Sequence record: MN871451.1
Length of the DNA: 64,000 bases
Reading direction: 5' to 3' (one strand)
The notes under the pieces: generated by a model
Told to the model about the DNA's origin: nothing
What the model saw: only the letters and a program-made list of their open reading frames with translations
Databases searched by the model: none
In this document: one piece after another, positions 53,103 to 63,959 of the stretch
Layout of the letters: every line of letters starts with the position of its first letter
Numbering within the stretch: position 1 is the first letter of the stretch
Position numbers and translations under genes: made by a program

Positions 53103-55164
53103 TTGCTAATTCCTCTCTGGTGTATGCGACAGAAGACATATCCATTACGGTACGGAACGCGTTAGCACCGAAGTCAATGCGCATAGACCAAGAATAACCA
53201 CGTTCTTTATCGGCCTGGGTAATCTCAGAATGCGGCGTGAAGATCAGGCGGTTATCGAAGGCACCGGCACCGCGGGTGCTCACGATTTCGTCAGAGCGCT
53301 CAATCAACTGATCGTCGGTGAGTTTCTGAGTACCGCTCAGGTCACGCCACGCTTCGAAGGCGAAGCGGTTCAGGTTAGCCACGCACAGACCCACGATAGC
53401 CGCCTTCAGTACGGAACCTTGTTCGCTGTAGAACGACTGCTGGCCCGGGTAGAACTGCGAACCGGTATCGTAGTCTTCTACGTAAACCAGGTTGTTGTTC
53501 CACTGCGCACGACGAACGCGCCAGGATTTGTCGAGGTTGTTAATATTTTTAACCACCTGGACTTTCCGGTTCTCACCTTCATCCACCGCGTATTCCGGTT
53601 TGAGTACACCGTCAGAGGCTCCGGCATACTGGCAGTAAGCACGGAAACGGTCGAGGGTCAGCGGGACCGCCAGCTTACGCGTAGTTTCCGTGTAATAACC
53701 TGCACCACCTACGATCATACCACGGAACGCCGGGGTACCGAAATCAGAGGAGTCCGGGAAAGCGTTTACGCGAGACATCAGGGACAACGCGATCGATTCT
53801 TCTTCTTCATTGCTGTTGAAGTCGAGACTGATGTCCTGAGTCGACAGGGCGATCCAGGTGTCTGCACGCAGACCGATCAGTTGCGGAATCAGTTGTTTGG
53901 TCTTCAGGTCGAAACCGGAGTCCCAGAACGCATTGAACGGATAACGCGCGTAGTTACCGATATTGAAAGATGCGCCGCTGGACATGTTGGACAGCACCAG
54001 GTTAGCGGCAGCGTTGAAACTGGCGTTACCCAGCGTACCGTCACCACCGCCTTGCAGGTAGTTGGTGGAGGTTTCTGTCAGCGTGACGCCACCATCCAGT
54101 ACGCCCATAATCTGAACAGCGTGATACGGTACACCCTCTATCGTCTGCGCACCGAACAGGTTAATTGTGTAGAGATCCGCTTCATCGTCAGAAACCGTAC
54201 CGAAGGTGGATTCCACCGACTGTACTGCTTTCAGGACGGTATCGATGTTGGACTGATACAGGTACGGCGCATCGATCGGCGACATCAGGTAAGTCGACGG
54301 ATCTTCGTCGTTGTAACGACTTTCGATACGTTCTGCGAAATCGTAAACCACTTCGGTCTGCGGATCGACTAAGTTCTCACCGAAACCGACCGACAGAGAC
54401 GCTTCATTATAGATCGTCTCAAAAATAGTTGGTGAACTATTTTTATCGGTACGGGTCAGGAGCTGGAAGCGGTACAGGAACGATTTGATACGTTCTTGCA
54501 GATCGGCATCAGCGGCCTGAGTCGAATTGACGGTCGGTGCCCAAATACGGATCGCCGTATTCGCGCCGAGAGACGATTTATAACGGCAACGGAAATCGGC
54601 CAGTGGCGTGATCGTTGACGGGTTCTCAGCGGTACCGATTGTCCCCGCAGAAGCGGTACGTTTTTTGTACTGGGAAACGCCCGATTCGTCCGTCTCGATT
54701 TTAGAGAGAACAAAACGGAATTTGATCCCGTCTACTTGCGTGGCCAGCGGAATTTTGTCACCGTTGGTATCGGTTTTATAAGTTCCGTCGTCGTTACGCT
54801 CATAGTCGTCAATTTTGGTTTTCACCCAATCGACGGAGAGACCCAGTGTAGCAACGTCAGGGATATCTGCCGGTTCCAGACGCAAGGCCAGGAACTGGTT
54901 ACCCGCCGCAATCGCTTCCTTAATAAAAGGAGTACTGTGGGTTGCATAAACGCCGGAAAGGTTGGTAGTTTCGCTACCGTAAATGTCTTCGAATTTTACC
55001 GGATCGATCCAGGTAGGGACAGTTGGACCTTTCTGGCCGAAGAACATGATGAGCGGTCGATGAAGAGCCAGGGTCGTCGTTGAACCCGTAGAACGGGTGA
55101 ACGAAATATCCTTCGTACCGCGGTAATAAATTCTGGGTGTTGATCCCGTAATTTGTTCTGACAT
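53095..55164 (-). CDS. contractile tail sheath protein (phiKZ gp29-like)
   Basis: 689 aa; PRIYYRGTKD, FFGQKGP, YLQGGGDG, YPFNAFWDSGF and a C-terminal RTV motif; synteny with the tube and terminase genes. Confidence 0.88.
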   Translation of the reverse strand: MSEQITGSTPRIYYRGTKDISFTRSTGSTTTLALHRPLIMFFGQKGPTVPTWIDPVKFEDIYGSETTNLSGVYATHSTPFIKEAIAAGNQFLALRLEPADIPDVATLGLSVDWVKTKIDDYERNDDGTYKTDTNGDKIPLATQVDGIKFRFVLSKIETDESGVSQYKKRTASAGTIGTAENPSTITPLADFRCRYKSSLGANTAIRIWAPTVNSTQAADADLQERIKSFLYRFQLLTRTDKNSSPTIFETIYNEASLSVGFGENLVDPQTEVVYDFAERIESRYNDEDPSTYLMSPIDAPYLYQSNIDTVLKAVQSVESTFGTVSDDEADLYTINLFGAQTIEGVPYHAVQIMGVLDGGVTLTETSTNYLQGGGDGTLGNASFNAAANLVLSNMSSGASFNIGNYARYPFNAFWDSGFDLKTKQLIPQLIGLRADTWIALSTQDISLDFNSNEEEESIALSLMSRVNAFPDSSDFGTPAFRGMIVGGAGYYTETTRKLAVPLTLDRFRAYCQYAGASDGVLKPEYAVDEGENRKVQVVKNINNLDKSWRVRRAQWNNNLVYVEDYDTGSQFYPGQQSFYSEQGSVLKAAIVGLCVANLNRFAFEAWRDLSGTQKLTDDQLIERSDEIVSTRGAGAFDNRLIFTPHSEITQADKERGYSWSMRIDFGANAFRTVMDMSSVAYTREELANG

Positions 55165-55327
55165 GTCTTTTGCCTCTTAAAAAGAGTGGGTACCGCATAA
55201 ATTATGTAGCTACTTGATGACGCTAAATCCAAGCTTGGGTGGTTTTTAAACCATAGTTTACCGGTAATACGGAAACGTCGTCATATTAACATTCTATAGG
55301 TCACGGTCATTATCGGAGAATTAAGCA

Positions 55328-56266
55328 ATGTTTAAACACAGTTTTGACACCTCAGCCGGCAGTTCTATTTTTCCTGCGAGTCTACCCGGGAAGATGTTGG
55401 TGGCGAACGCAGAGGGTGCATTAACACCAATTAACCACTTTAAAGGGCTGTTCGCGGTACTGGAGAAAACCCCAGAGTTGGAAGCCATTCCTGTCTTTCG
55501 TCATCCCCTTTCTCAAGAAGTCCAAAGTATACCGTATACATATATTGATCTTCGCCCTTACCGCGGGACGTTAAAATTAAATGCAGACGGTACCACAGAC
55601 TTTGTTAATGAAGGTTCTGTCGGGATCATTTTCCGCCGTGCTGTTCTGGAGATGGCTTGGTCGGAAGGGAATATCGATGCGTTCTATTTCAACGTCGATG
55701 TCCCGTTGGCAATCTTTGCTAAGTGGTTAACTGGGCTGCTCAAAAACAAACTGAACTTGAATGAGCTGGTTGCAGAAAAACTCAAAGCGATCACTGCTTA
55801 TTATTACTACTGTTTACACTGCGACGCGAAAGACTTTAACGATCGCCGTCACGAGGTCTTCTGCGTGAAGATCAGTCGCATCCTGAATATCCCTTACCAG
55901 AAACTGGATCTGTGGTTGCGTCCGGTTGGCTACATGGCGAACCTCGATGACTACTGTAAAGCATTAGCTGAATTCGGCGAGAGCTTATCGCTGAAACGAA
56001 TTGACAAACGTATTCTCTGGACGCTGACATCAACCAGCTGGTTTGGTAGTTCAGAAGTCCGGGAGCAATTGGCCGTGGCGCTCGAATACCCGCCGATGTT
56101 TATTGCCATGATTTATTCAGCATGTGCCGGTGAAAAACAATACCGTAAAGCATGGTTAACGCAGTTGATTGACCGTGAAGGTCGTAATCTGAAAACCGAC
56201 GATTTCGTTGCTCGTGTTAACGACCTGATCGCATTGACGGCGAATCATCACGAGAAAACTTATTAA
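55328..56266 (+). CDS. conserved virion protein (phiKZ gp28-like by synteny)
   Basis: Divergent from the sheath gene; ALEYPPMFIAMIY motif. Confidence 0.7.
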   Translation: MFKHSFDTSAGSSIFPASLPGKMLVANAEGALTPINHFKGLFAVLEKTPELEAIPVFRHPLSQEVQSIPYTYIDLRPYRGTLKLNADGTTDFVNEGSVGIIFRRAVLEMAWSEGNIDAFYFNVDVPLAIFAKWLTGLLKNKLNLNELVAEKLKAITAYYYYCLHCDAKDFNDRRHEVFCVKISRILNIPYQKLDLWLRPVGYMANLDDYCKALAEFGESLSLKRIDKRILWTLTSTSWFGSSEVREQLAVALEYPPMFIAMIYSACAGEKQYRKAWLTQLIDREGRNLKTDDFVARVNDLIALTANHHEKTY

Positions 56267-56283
56267 AGTAGAAGGTGCGTGTA

Positions 56284-58833
56284 ATGAATTCCGTAACCGA
56301 AAGTTTCCTTCTCGATCATGCACGCACGAATTTGTGGTGTGCACCTATCCAGGATCGTCAGGTCATTCTCGACCTGACGCGAATCAGTCGAGACAGTGGT
56401 GCGAAAGTTTCCAGTACCATTCTCTGGGTTGATACTCCATTACCTACCGAAGACGACGTCTATCATCTTTATCAGATCGGGACAAACAGTCGTTGGCGTA
56501 CAGGTCTCCCTGACGTTCGCGGAAAATGGATGGCGTTAGGGCCTTACAGCGAAGCGACCGCGCTGATCATTGACCTCTATCTGGAAACGGGCGTTAAACT
56601 CCCGCTCTTTAGCAGTTACGTCCTGCGTACCTACGACGACAATTTGATCATTGCGATTAAAGAGCACGCTATCTTTGGCGAGTTAAGTGAAAAGAAAGCG
56701 TATCTCAGAATTTACAATAACGCCTTTTTCCGTTCAGCGCGAAGTAATAACATCGGTCAGAAAGTGGCTTATATCGGCAGAGAGATTACTAGGCAAACCG
56801 ATATCGCTGCGTTTATTAATGGGCTGCGACCATTGCAAACCTTAACCGGTGTAACCAATATTTACCATAATGGCGTGTGGAAGCCGGAAATCAAATCGAC
56901 TGATATTTCCATTGGTGACCTGGTTGAGGCAGTTTACGACGCTGCGGTGAGTCACGTAGTGGACTTCAAAGTCTCGTCGCTGTACGACTATACGTCGACG
57001 TTAGACAACCTGAAGAAGTATCTGCTGCACCCGAGTAAAAATACGCACGATAACGAAATCTATTACGTCGACGATATCGATTTGTTCATGTACAAAGTCG
57101 GCGCGAATGATTCAGTTTCAGGTCGCTATTATCACCGCAATAAAGAGAACAGTCTGCGTAACGTAACTCACGCCGATTACAGTATTCCTACAGGTTATGT
57201 TTCGGCTTATCTGAATGATGGCTGGACAACGTACGACAACCTTTATATTCGTCTTCATCTTCGTGAGTCCGGTTTTAAACGCCCTCTCATCGACGAGGTG
57301 AATCGGATTGAAACACTTTACCGTTTAAGCGACACTGACATTCTCAGAGCAATGATTGGACTCGATTCCACGTTGGCTGAGTGGCGTGTAGAGAACCTGG
57401 AAAACTCTCTTTATACGGCGATCATGCGAAACTTCTGGGGTTCGTTTACAGCGACGGATGTCATCAACGCCTACGGCTACAACGCATTAGCAAAGCTCTT
57501 TGCGTTAAACCCAACGAAGGTGACGCCTTCCTCGAACGGTGGTTTTGTCGATCTACCCTTTGGACTCTCGCTCTGTTCTACGCTCTTTGAGTACGACGAA
57601 GACGGGGTGTTGTTGGGCTGGAATCAGCACGGTTACTCGGAACGCTACTTCGTGAAGAATGAACGGGCAGCGCTGGTTGAGGGGTTCATGGGGTGGGGTA
57701 AGAAAGCCATTACCTGGTCGCCCAGTAACAACAACTACACGCTGGACGATAAGTACCAATACTACTTCTTTAAAGCGGCGATCAACAAAGGGGTTGTCTC
57801 CGACGTCTGGGTACCTGCCGTAGAAGGGACGGATTACACGGTCTTAAATAATGTCGTCACGTGGATTCACGTCAAGGCCAGAAACATGGGTCTGATCCTC
57901 AGTAGCTCTGAGGCGCTTGTATACGATCAGGTTGTAGGGAGTTCGGACGGGATCTTCCGCTTTACACTGACCTACGGTAAGACGCTCGGGACGATTCTTC
58001 CTATTCGGCCACAACAACTGCGCGTGTGGATGAATGGCCATCCGTTGATTGAAGGGCTCGACTATATCCTGGACGGAAATAAAGGAACGGTCATCACCAA
58101 TCGTTACTACGATGAAACGTTAGGTAACAGTCAAAACTTTACCTTTGCCTGTTTAGGTTGGGAAACACCAAGCGCGAAGTACAAAAGACCACTGAATATC
58201 GGATTCGTGGATCACGGTTATGTCAGTGTGAACGGTACGTTTGATATTCGTGACGACAAGGTTATACGTACGATTATTGACGGGAAAGTGGTTGACCCTT
58301 CAACGGTACCATTTATTGAAGACGCTGACGAAAAACAAATCCCGTTACTTCCTAACGGCTTACCTTACTGCGAAGAGACGGTTTTTGTTCCGCTGTACGG
58401 GATATCGACGAATGCGAACGCTGAGTTGATTCAAATGGGTGCCGAGAGCGATAAGCGTGTCAGTGACTACATGACGTTGAAGTACCCGGAGAAGGTCTTA
58501 ACCGGTCCTAACCCAATCAGCGAACGTTATCGGATGTTCTCGGTGGTGATCACACGACTGATCTTCGATCTTGATAACGGAACCATCACTGAGCCGTTGA
58601 ACGTTAATGACAAAGTCTCGCTTGACCGTGTCATGAAGAACTACAGCGAGTACCTCGATATTGACCCGTGCCGAAGCGTCTGGAATACAAACTACATTTT
58701 CATTGACGCACATCCGTTTAGCTCCGCCGTCGCGGTAACCACAAAGCGCTGGAAGTTCCTTCAGAACGTCAATCAGTATTACCTGAATAATCGTCTGTCG
58801 CTTAATAACTATTTCTTTATAAAGGAATCCTGA
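56284..58833 (+). CDS. virion/baseplate structural protein (phiKZ gp27-like)
   Basis: About 850 aa; LWCAPIQDRQ and VWMNGHPLIEGLDY motifs; synteny. Confidence 0.78.
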   Translation: MNSVTESFLLDHARTNLWCAPIQDRQVILDLTRISRDSGAKVSSTILWVDTPLPTEDDVYHLYQIGTNSRWRTGLPDVRGKWMALGPYSEATALIIDLYLETGVKLPLFSSYVLRTYDDNLIIAIKEHAIFGELSEKKAYLRIYNNAFFRSARSNNIGQKVAYIGREITRQTDIAAFINGLRPLQTLTGVTNIYHNGVWKPEIKSTDISIGDLVEAVYDAAVSHVVDFKVSSLYDYTSTLDNLKKYLLHPSKNTHDNEIYYVDDIDLFMYKVGANDSVSGRYYHRNKENSLRNVTHADYSIPTGYVSAYLNDGWTTYDNLYIRLHLRESGFKRPLIDEVNRIETLYRLSDTDILRAMIGLDSTLAEWRVENLENSLYTAIMRNFWGSFTATDVINAYGYNALAKLFALNPTKVTPSSNGGFVDLPFGLSLCSTLFEYDEDGVLLGWNQHGYSERYFVKNERAALVEGFMGWGKKAITWSPSNNNYTLDDKYQYYFFKAAINKGVVSDVWVPAVEGTDYTVLNNVVTWIHVKARNMGLILSSSEALVYDQVVGSSDGIFRFTLTYGKTLGTILPIRPQQLRVWMNGHPLIEGLDYILDGNKGTVITNRYYDETLGNSQNFTFACLGWETPSAKYKRPLNIGFVDHGYVSVNGTFDIRDDKVIRTIIDGKVVDPSTVPFIEDADEKQIPLLPNGLPYCEETVFVPLYGISTNANAELIQMGAESDKRVSDYMTLKYPEKVLTGPNPISERYRMFSVVITRLIFDLDNGTITEPLNVNDKVSLDRVMKNYSEYLDIDPCRSVWNTNYIFIDAHPFSSAVAVTTKRWKFLQNVNQYYLNNRLSLNNYFFIKES

Positions 58834-58834
58834 A

Positions 58835-60544
58835 ATGACCACATCGACCACGAGTAGTGGGGTGCGTTACGCATTAGCGTTAACGGACAGTACGCCGTCT
58901 GACGTCCCCATTTGGAACCCGAATGGATTATGGAAAGAATGGGACATGTCCGAGATCTATGTCGGACCAGCAGGGATTGGTAGCGGTAACAAAGGCCGGT
59001 TTGTGCCGAATGTTGGTAACCGTATCTTCGACAAAACTTCAGGTCTCTATATCGTTACCGAAGTCGATACCTCAACATTACTTTCTAAGTGGATTGCGTA
59101 CAACGTTCCTACTACGATTGATAACTCCATCGATATTCTGCTGGGAGTCGGTAGTCGTTACCCGCAACCTGGCTATTTCGTTTATGTCGACAATACCGTT
59201 TCACCACCGGAGATGGCGTTCGACAGTTTAATGAAAGCCTATCAACCTACTGCGACTTACGTGCGAGTTTTCTCTAACATGTCCAGTACCGGTAACCTCG
59301 AAGTACTTTCAGCGTATTACAACCAGTCCGGTGAACTCGAAAGTGATAAAATCCCTCTGATGACAATCGAAGGGGATGTAACCGGAAATTACCGTATTCC
59401 CGTGACTGCCAATGCTACGCGTAAAATCACTAACGGTGAGACCGTCCTGGTGGTGTTCTACGACGCTGCAGGGTTACCAACGTCCCGTTTCACAATGACC
59501 GTTGTTGACTCTGGTATTATTCGCCAATCGAATTCAGCGAAACGTTCTATTGACTCGGTCGCCTTGGTCAGCAGCTACCTGTCGGCAACCGACCCTAACC
59601 GCCTGAATGTCCCGGTCAATCTTTTGATGACCTCAATCGATGTCAGCGTGAAGGTAACGTACACCGATGGCAGCTCGGTCATTAAACCGGTGGACGGCAG
59701 TAAGATCTACCTGTCTGGTTTAGCGGAGTTTATCCCGACGCAATCGGGTCAAAACAGCCCACTGACGCTTTTCTATCAGCTCGACACGACAGAGAGCTTT
59801 AAAGGGACAACGACAGCTTCTGGAACGATCACGGTTCCCTATACGATCGAAACTGTAACTTTACCGAATGCCTATGCGGTTAAACTCTTCATGTTCCCGG
59901 AATGGCAGCGGAACGGTAACGGGTTTAAGCTCCGTCACTTTATGTATTCGCTCGATCGTCTGGCGATGTACGAAGTGACCGATATCATCGAAGCGTCGCC
60001 GGGTTCGGCGGTTTGGGACCCTACGCTTTACAACACCAAACAGCACATGATCTTTGCGCTTGATATTTCCAAAGTCTCTGCTTCGTTTGGCTCCTATCGT
60101 CATGTACAGAGCAACGACATCACCCTGATGGCCAATGGTGAATCGGGCGTTGATAGTCCGTGGTACGTCAACTACGAACTGGGTGACGAAGACTACGGCG
60201 GATCGTTAGAATGTCGTCTGAAATACATTTCGTCTCAGGTTTGGTCGACTGACCTTACCATGGGAGCCCAGACACAGAACGAATGGCTGGATCGGTTATA
60301 TTACCGTCTTCACCCGTTGTTTGACACTGAGACAGAAACGGAAGCGCCGATGCCGACGCACTTCATTCTTCAGGTGGATAACATTCGAGTCAGACAACCG
60401 ATCTCTGCCTGGAACACGACGTTTACCATTGCAACCGGTGGGCACGTAGGTGAATTGGCGCTTGTTCATTGGGTACGTTCAGTGAACGGGGTGGATTTAC
60501 AACTTGCGTCTTCCGGTTTGATCATACGTCAAACACTGAGTTAA
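58835..60544 (+). CDS. virion/baseplate structural protein (phiKZ gp26-like)
   Basis: 569 aa; YAVKLFMFPEW..NGFKLRHFMYSLDR motif; synteny. Confidence 0.78.
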   Translation: MTTSTTSSGVRYALALTDSTPSDVPIWNPNGLWKEWDMSEIYVGPAGIGSGNKGRFVPNVGNRIFDKTSGLYIVTEVDTSTLLSKWIAYNVPTTIDNSIDILLGVGSRYPQPGYFVYVDNTVSPPEMAFDSLMKAYQPTATYVRVFSNMSSTGNLEVLSAYYNQSGELESDKIPLMTIEGDVTGNYRIPVTANATRKITNGETVLVVFYDAAGLPTSRFTMTVVDSGIIRQSNSAKRSIDSVALVSSYLSATDPNRLNVPVNLLMTSIDVSVKVTYTDGSSVIKPVDGSKIYLSGLAEFIPTQSGQNSPLTLFYQLDTTESFKGTTTASGTITVPYTIETVTLPNAYAVKLFMFPEWQRNGNGFKLRHFMYSLDRLAMYEVTDIIEASPGSAVWDPTLYNTKQHMIFALDISKVSASFGSYRHVQSNDITLMANGESGVDSPWYVNYELGDEDYGGSLECRLKYISSQVWSTDLTMGAQTQNEWLDRLYYRLHPLFDTETETEAPMPTHFILQVDNIRVRQPISAWNTTFTIATGGHVGELALVHWVRSVNGVDLQLASSGLIIRQTLS

Positions 60545-60635
60545 AAGTACAAACCCTTGGTACAGGAGGCTTAATGGCCTCCTGTACCGCTATATTCCCT
60601 ATGATATTGTCTTTTCGTTGTCAGAGGGAAACTCT

Positions 60636-62810
60636 ATGACCTCCTCCATTATTCTAGAGAATGACTCGCGTCCTATTCTCCACCTTAGCGATTGGGATTA
60701 TCATCCCTCTGCTATCCCGGATTGGGATACACCAAACAAAGAATTCCTACGTTTTGTCGGTGTCTTACAAAACATGGGAATTAAAAACCACCACTGGCCG
60801 ATTGCACTTTTAAACCCGGACCTTGTCGGTGTCGATCCTTTCAGTCCCGATCTGACTGAAGAACAGATGATCGCAATTAAGATCGAAGCGGAATATAACA
60901 TCTGGTATTATCTCAGAGAGTGTCTTCGCGTTCCGCCGGTTGTCGGTGAAGAAGGTGATCTTTTAAGGGCAAACCGCGCGAACATGTCTTTGATCTGGTC
61001 GTACATGAACCATATCGATTACCTGTTGATACAACCCCGTCAGACTGGTAAGTCACTTATCTCTTATTGTCTTTACTCCTGGCTGCTGTATATGCGATAT
61101 ACAAAGGCCCGTATCTCACTCGTGACCAAATCAGACGAATTACGTTCTGAAACAACCACGATGATACGTCGTATCCGTGAATACTTACCACCTTATCTGA
61201 CAGTAACAGACCGTTCAGACACGATTGCTAACGAGAAGGTGACCTATAACACCCGTGGTAACTTGTTTGCGGTAGCAGTATCTCGTTCTGACCCAGGTGG
61301 TGCGAATAAAGTTGGTCGTGGTAACACCTCGCCTACGGTAGGCTGGGATGAAACCCCCTTCATCAACTATATCGAAATTGCGTTTAAAGCAGCAATGCCC
61401 GGTATGAACGCCGCGATTCAAAAAGCGAAAGCGAGAAACATGCCCTGGGGCAGTATCATGACCACTACCGCGGGTGACCAAACGTCTCGTGATGGTCGCT
61501 TTGTTTTCAAAATGTGGAACGAAGCTGCTCGGTGGTCTGAGCACTTTTACGACGCAGGGAGTCAAGAAGAACTTCGTGAGATCGTTCAGCGCAATCTGAA
61601 ATCCTCTGATGCGAAACTCTTAATCAACGGAACGTGGAGTCACAACCAGGTTGGGGTCTCTGACGAACAGCATTATGAGAACATGCGTCGTGCTATGGCA
61701 CGTGGTCCAGAAGCAGACCGTGACTTCTTTAACATTTGGACCGCAGCAGGGACGAACAACCCGATCGATAAAGAGCTGTTAGCGAAAGCCATTGCCTCAC
61801 AGCGTTATTCCGATTATTCTGAAATCTTCAGGAACGGTTACATTGTCCACTGGTATGTCTCCAAAGAATATCTGGATGCAAATCGTAAGACGATGACCTT
61901 TGTCATTGGGGCCGATACCTCAGAAGGCGGTGGACGAGATGCGCTGTCGTTGGTGTTCCTTGATCCTTATACCGCGGACGTTATCGGGATTTCAGTAATC
62001 AACGAGGCACTGATTCCTAAATACGCTGAGTTCTTAGGTGATCTGTTAATTTCTTATCCTAAGGCTGTCTTCATCCCAGAACGTAAATCCACCGGACAAA
62101 CGTTTATTGATTACCTCTGTCTGATATTGCACAGCAAGGGAATTGATCCGTTCAAACGAATCTTTAACTTAATTGTCGATAATAAGTCAGTGGACACCGC
62201 GGCGTTCCTTGAGCTGCAGGGTGACATGAACCGTCGTGATGACGCATTCTATATTCGTCGTAAAACGAAGTTTGGTTTCTGCACGGGAACCACCACCCGA
62301 CGGCAGCTTTACGAAACCGTTTTGAAGATCGCCATGCAGAAAGGGGCTACACGACTTCATGATAAAATTCTCATTGCGGAATTGACCGGGTTGGTCGAGA
62401 AGAACGGAAGAATTGACCATCCACCGGGTGGACATGACGATACCGTTATCGCCTACCTTCTGACCGTCTATCTGTTATTGTACGGGTCGAACTTAGACTA
62501 TTACGGGTTAGATTCCAGAAGGGTATTGACGGGGGCAGTAGATGCGTTGGCAGGGAATGCGCAGGAAATTGACGAGCAACAGGAAGAGATTGATTTCCTC
62601 CACCGTGAAATTGAAAAGACATTGTCAGCCATCGAAAATGCCGATAATCCAATTATCAGTATGAAGCTTGAACGACGTCTCAATTACCTTAACGAGTGTT
62701 TACAAGAGGCGGGTGCAGAGCCGATTAACGTGGCAGGTAAGATCGAGGAGATGAACGCTAATCGTCACGCTGACTTCCAAAAATACATGGGGACGAATTT
62801 CTATAGGTAA
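60636..62810 (+). CDS. terL: terminase large subunit
   Basis: PRQTGKS Walker A, VGWDE Walker B, TTTAG motif III, and GADTSEGGGRD and GGHDD nuclease motifs. Confidence 0.92.
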   Translation: MTSSIILENDSRPILHLSDWDYHPSAIPDWDTPNKEFLRFVGVLQNMGIKNHHWPIALLNPDLVGVDPFSPDLTEEQMIAIKIEAEYNIWYYLRECLRVPPVVGEEGDLLRANRANMSLIWSYMNHIDYLLIQPRQTGKSLISYCLYSWLLYMRYTKARISLVTKSDELRSETTTMIRRIREYLPPYLTVTDRSDTIANEKVTYNTRGNLFAVAVSRSDPGGANKVGRGNTSPTVGWDETPFINYIEIAFKAAMPGMNAAIQKAKARNMPWGSIMTTTAGDQTSRDGRFVFKMWNEAARWSEHFYDAGSQEELREIVQRNLKSSDAKLLINGTWSHNQVGVSDEQHYENMRRAMARGPEADRDFFNIWTAAGTNNPIDKELLAKAIASQRYSDYSEIFRNGYIVHWYVSKEYLDANRKTMTFVIGADTSEGGGRDALSLVFLDPYTADVIGISVINEALIPKYAEFLGDLLISYPKAVFIPERKSTGQTFIDYLCLILHSKGIDPFKRIFNLIVDNKSVDTAAFLELQGDMNRRDDAFYIRRKTKFGFCTGTTTRRQLYETVLKIAMQKGATRLHDKILIAELTGLVEKNGRIDHPPGGHDDTVIAYLLTVYLLLYGSNLDYYGLDSRRVLTGAVDALAGNAQEIDEQQEEIDFLHREIEKTLSAIENADNPIISMKLERRLNYLNECLQEAGAEPINVAGKIEEMNANRHADFQKYMGTNFYR

Positions 62811-62828
62811 TCGAAAACAATAGACGAA

Positions 62829-62843
62829 TATATCACTCTATTG
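62829..62843 (+). promoter_or_regulatory. putative early promoter
   Basis: TATATCAC-TCTA-TTG followed by an 11-bp hairpin. Confidence 0.65.
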
Positions 62844-62912
62844 AAATACGCAACAGAATGTCGGCGTTATTGCTGACATTCTTTTTATTATCCACACTAA
62901 AAGGAGAACGAC

Positions 62913-63959
62913 ATGGCAACGATAGAAACGTTTGTTTACAGTACCGTTTACGATAAGAAAACAGGGACTGATTTTCACTACGAAGGGGTTTTGGAGATCA
63001 GTAAAAAGGATCGTCTTTTTGGTTATCGTAACGAAAACGGATTTATCTTTACGGACAAGGACGACAATATTGTTTTACGGTTTAGCACTAACCCTACCTT
63101 AGAAATGAAACACCTTGTCTTCGTTACCGAAGGCGGCGATACTACGCGGTATCATTTCACTCAGGAAACGAAAAGCCCGTTTAGTTTCCTGGCGATCCAA
63201 CACGCTTTCCAAGGGTTTATTGGTCAGAAAGCGCGAGCACGGTTTATGCTCAACTGTCGTTTTAAAATTCATGTCATGCAGCGGACGTTGTTGATGAATG
63301 GTCGCCCGATCGCAGTCGGAACCATGGCCGACGACAAGAGTACGTGGACCGGTGACTTTTACGGCCGTACCTGGCAGAAACAACTGGGTGAAGATTTTAT
63401 CCTGTACATGCGGGAACACTTCGAATTAAGCTGGGCGCACAAAGTGGTTTGTCAACGCCGCGGTGAATACCAGTTTCTCCCGAACGTTGCCCTGTTCTTT
63501 GACAGCACAACCGACCTTGTTCTAAAGCTGATTAATCGATCCAACGATAAAGACACCTGTGAAGGCTTCTACGTAGGGTCAATACTCGGTAAGGGGTTTG
63601 GTTACCATATCGACGGAAACGTCGAGAAAATCCCGCTGATTGATTCTTACATGCGAAAAGCAGTGGAAGATATCATCGGTTCACCGTTGAGCGAAGAAGA
63701 GTTTAAAACCGATCGCTTTATCACGGACGTCGAATACCGGGAAGATCAGGGGCGTTGGGTGTTAACTTCCAGCGTAGGTGATATTGCCTATATGGTGAAA
63801 GGCCCACGACCCGAGAACACCTGTGCGGTACGCAAACACGTCACCTGGAACTACAACGTCTTTGGACAGAGTATCGCTTCCATTCCGCTTCTGGAGAATC
63901 TTCTGATCGACGCATTCTATCGTGGTTATTGCCGACTGGCGAAACAAATCGGGTTATAA
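62913..63959 (+). CDS. hypothetical protein
   Basis: AAGGAG RBS; 348 aa; followed by the AAAAGAGAGGG/CCCTCTCTTTT terminator. Confidence 0.78.
   Translation: MATIETFVYSTVYDKKTGTDFHYEGVLEISKKDRLFGYRNENGFIFTDKDDNIVLRFSTNPTLEMKHLVFVTEGGDTTRYHFTQETKSPFSFLAIQHAFQGFIGQKARARFMLNCRFKIHVMQRTLLMNGRPIAVGTMADDKSTWTGDFYGRTWQKQLGEDFILYMREHFELSWAHKVVCQRRGEYQFLPNVALFFDSTTDLVLKLINRSNDKDTCEGFYVGSILGKGFGYHIDGNVEKIPLIDSYMRKAVEDIIGSPLSEEEFKTDRFITDVEYREDQGRWVLTSSVGDIAYMVKGPRPENTCAVRKHVTWNYNVFGQSIASIPLLENLLIDAFYRGYCRLAKQIGL

Noticed and set aside
53230-54372. 380-aa + strand ORF and the other long antisense or alternate-frame ORFs in the track (e.g. 1955..2422, 2753..3385, 11646..12368, 14177..14632)
   Set aside because: They lie opposite well-supported genes, lack an RBS and recognisable motifs, and are the expected shadow of biased codon usage.
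60636-62810. Intein or intron in the long terminase gene
   Set aside because: The frame is continuous, I saw no intein splice-junction or LAGLIDADG motifs, and the length is in line with phiKZ-like terminases.
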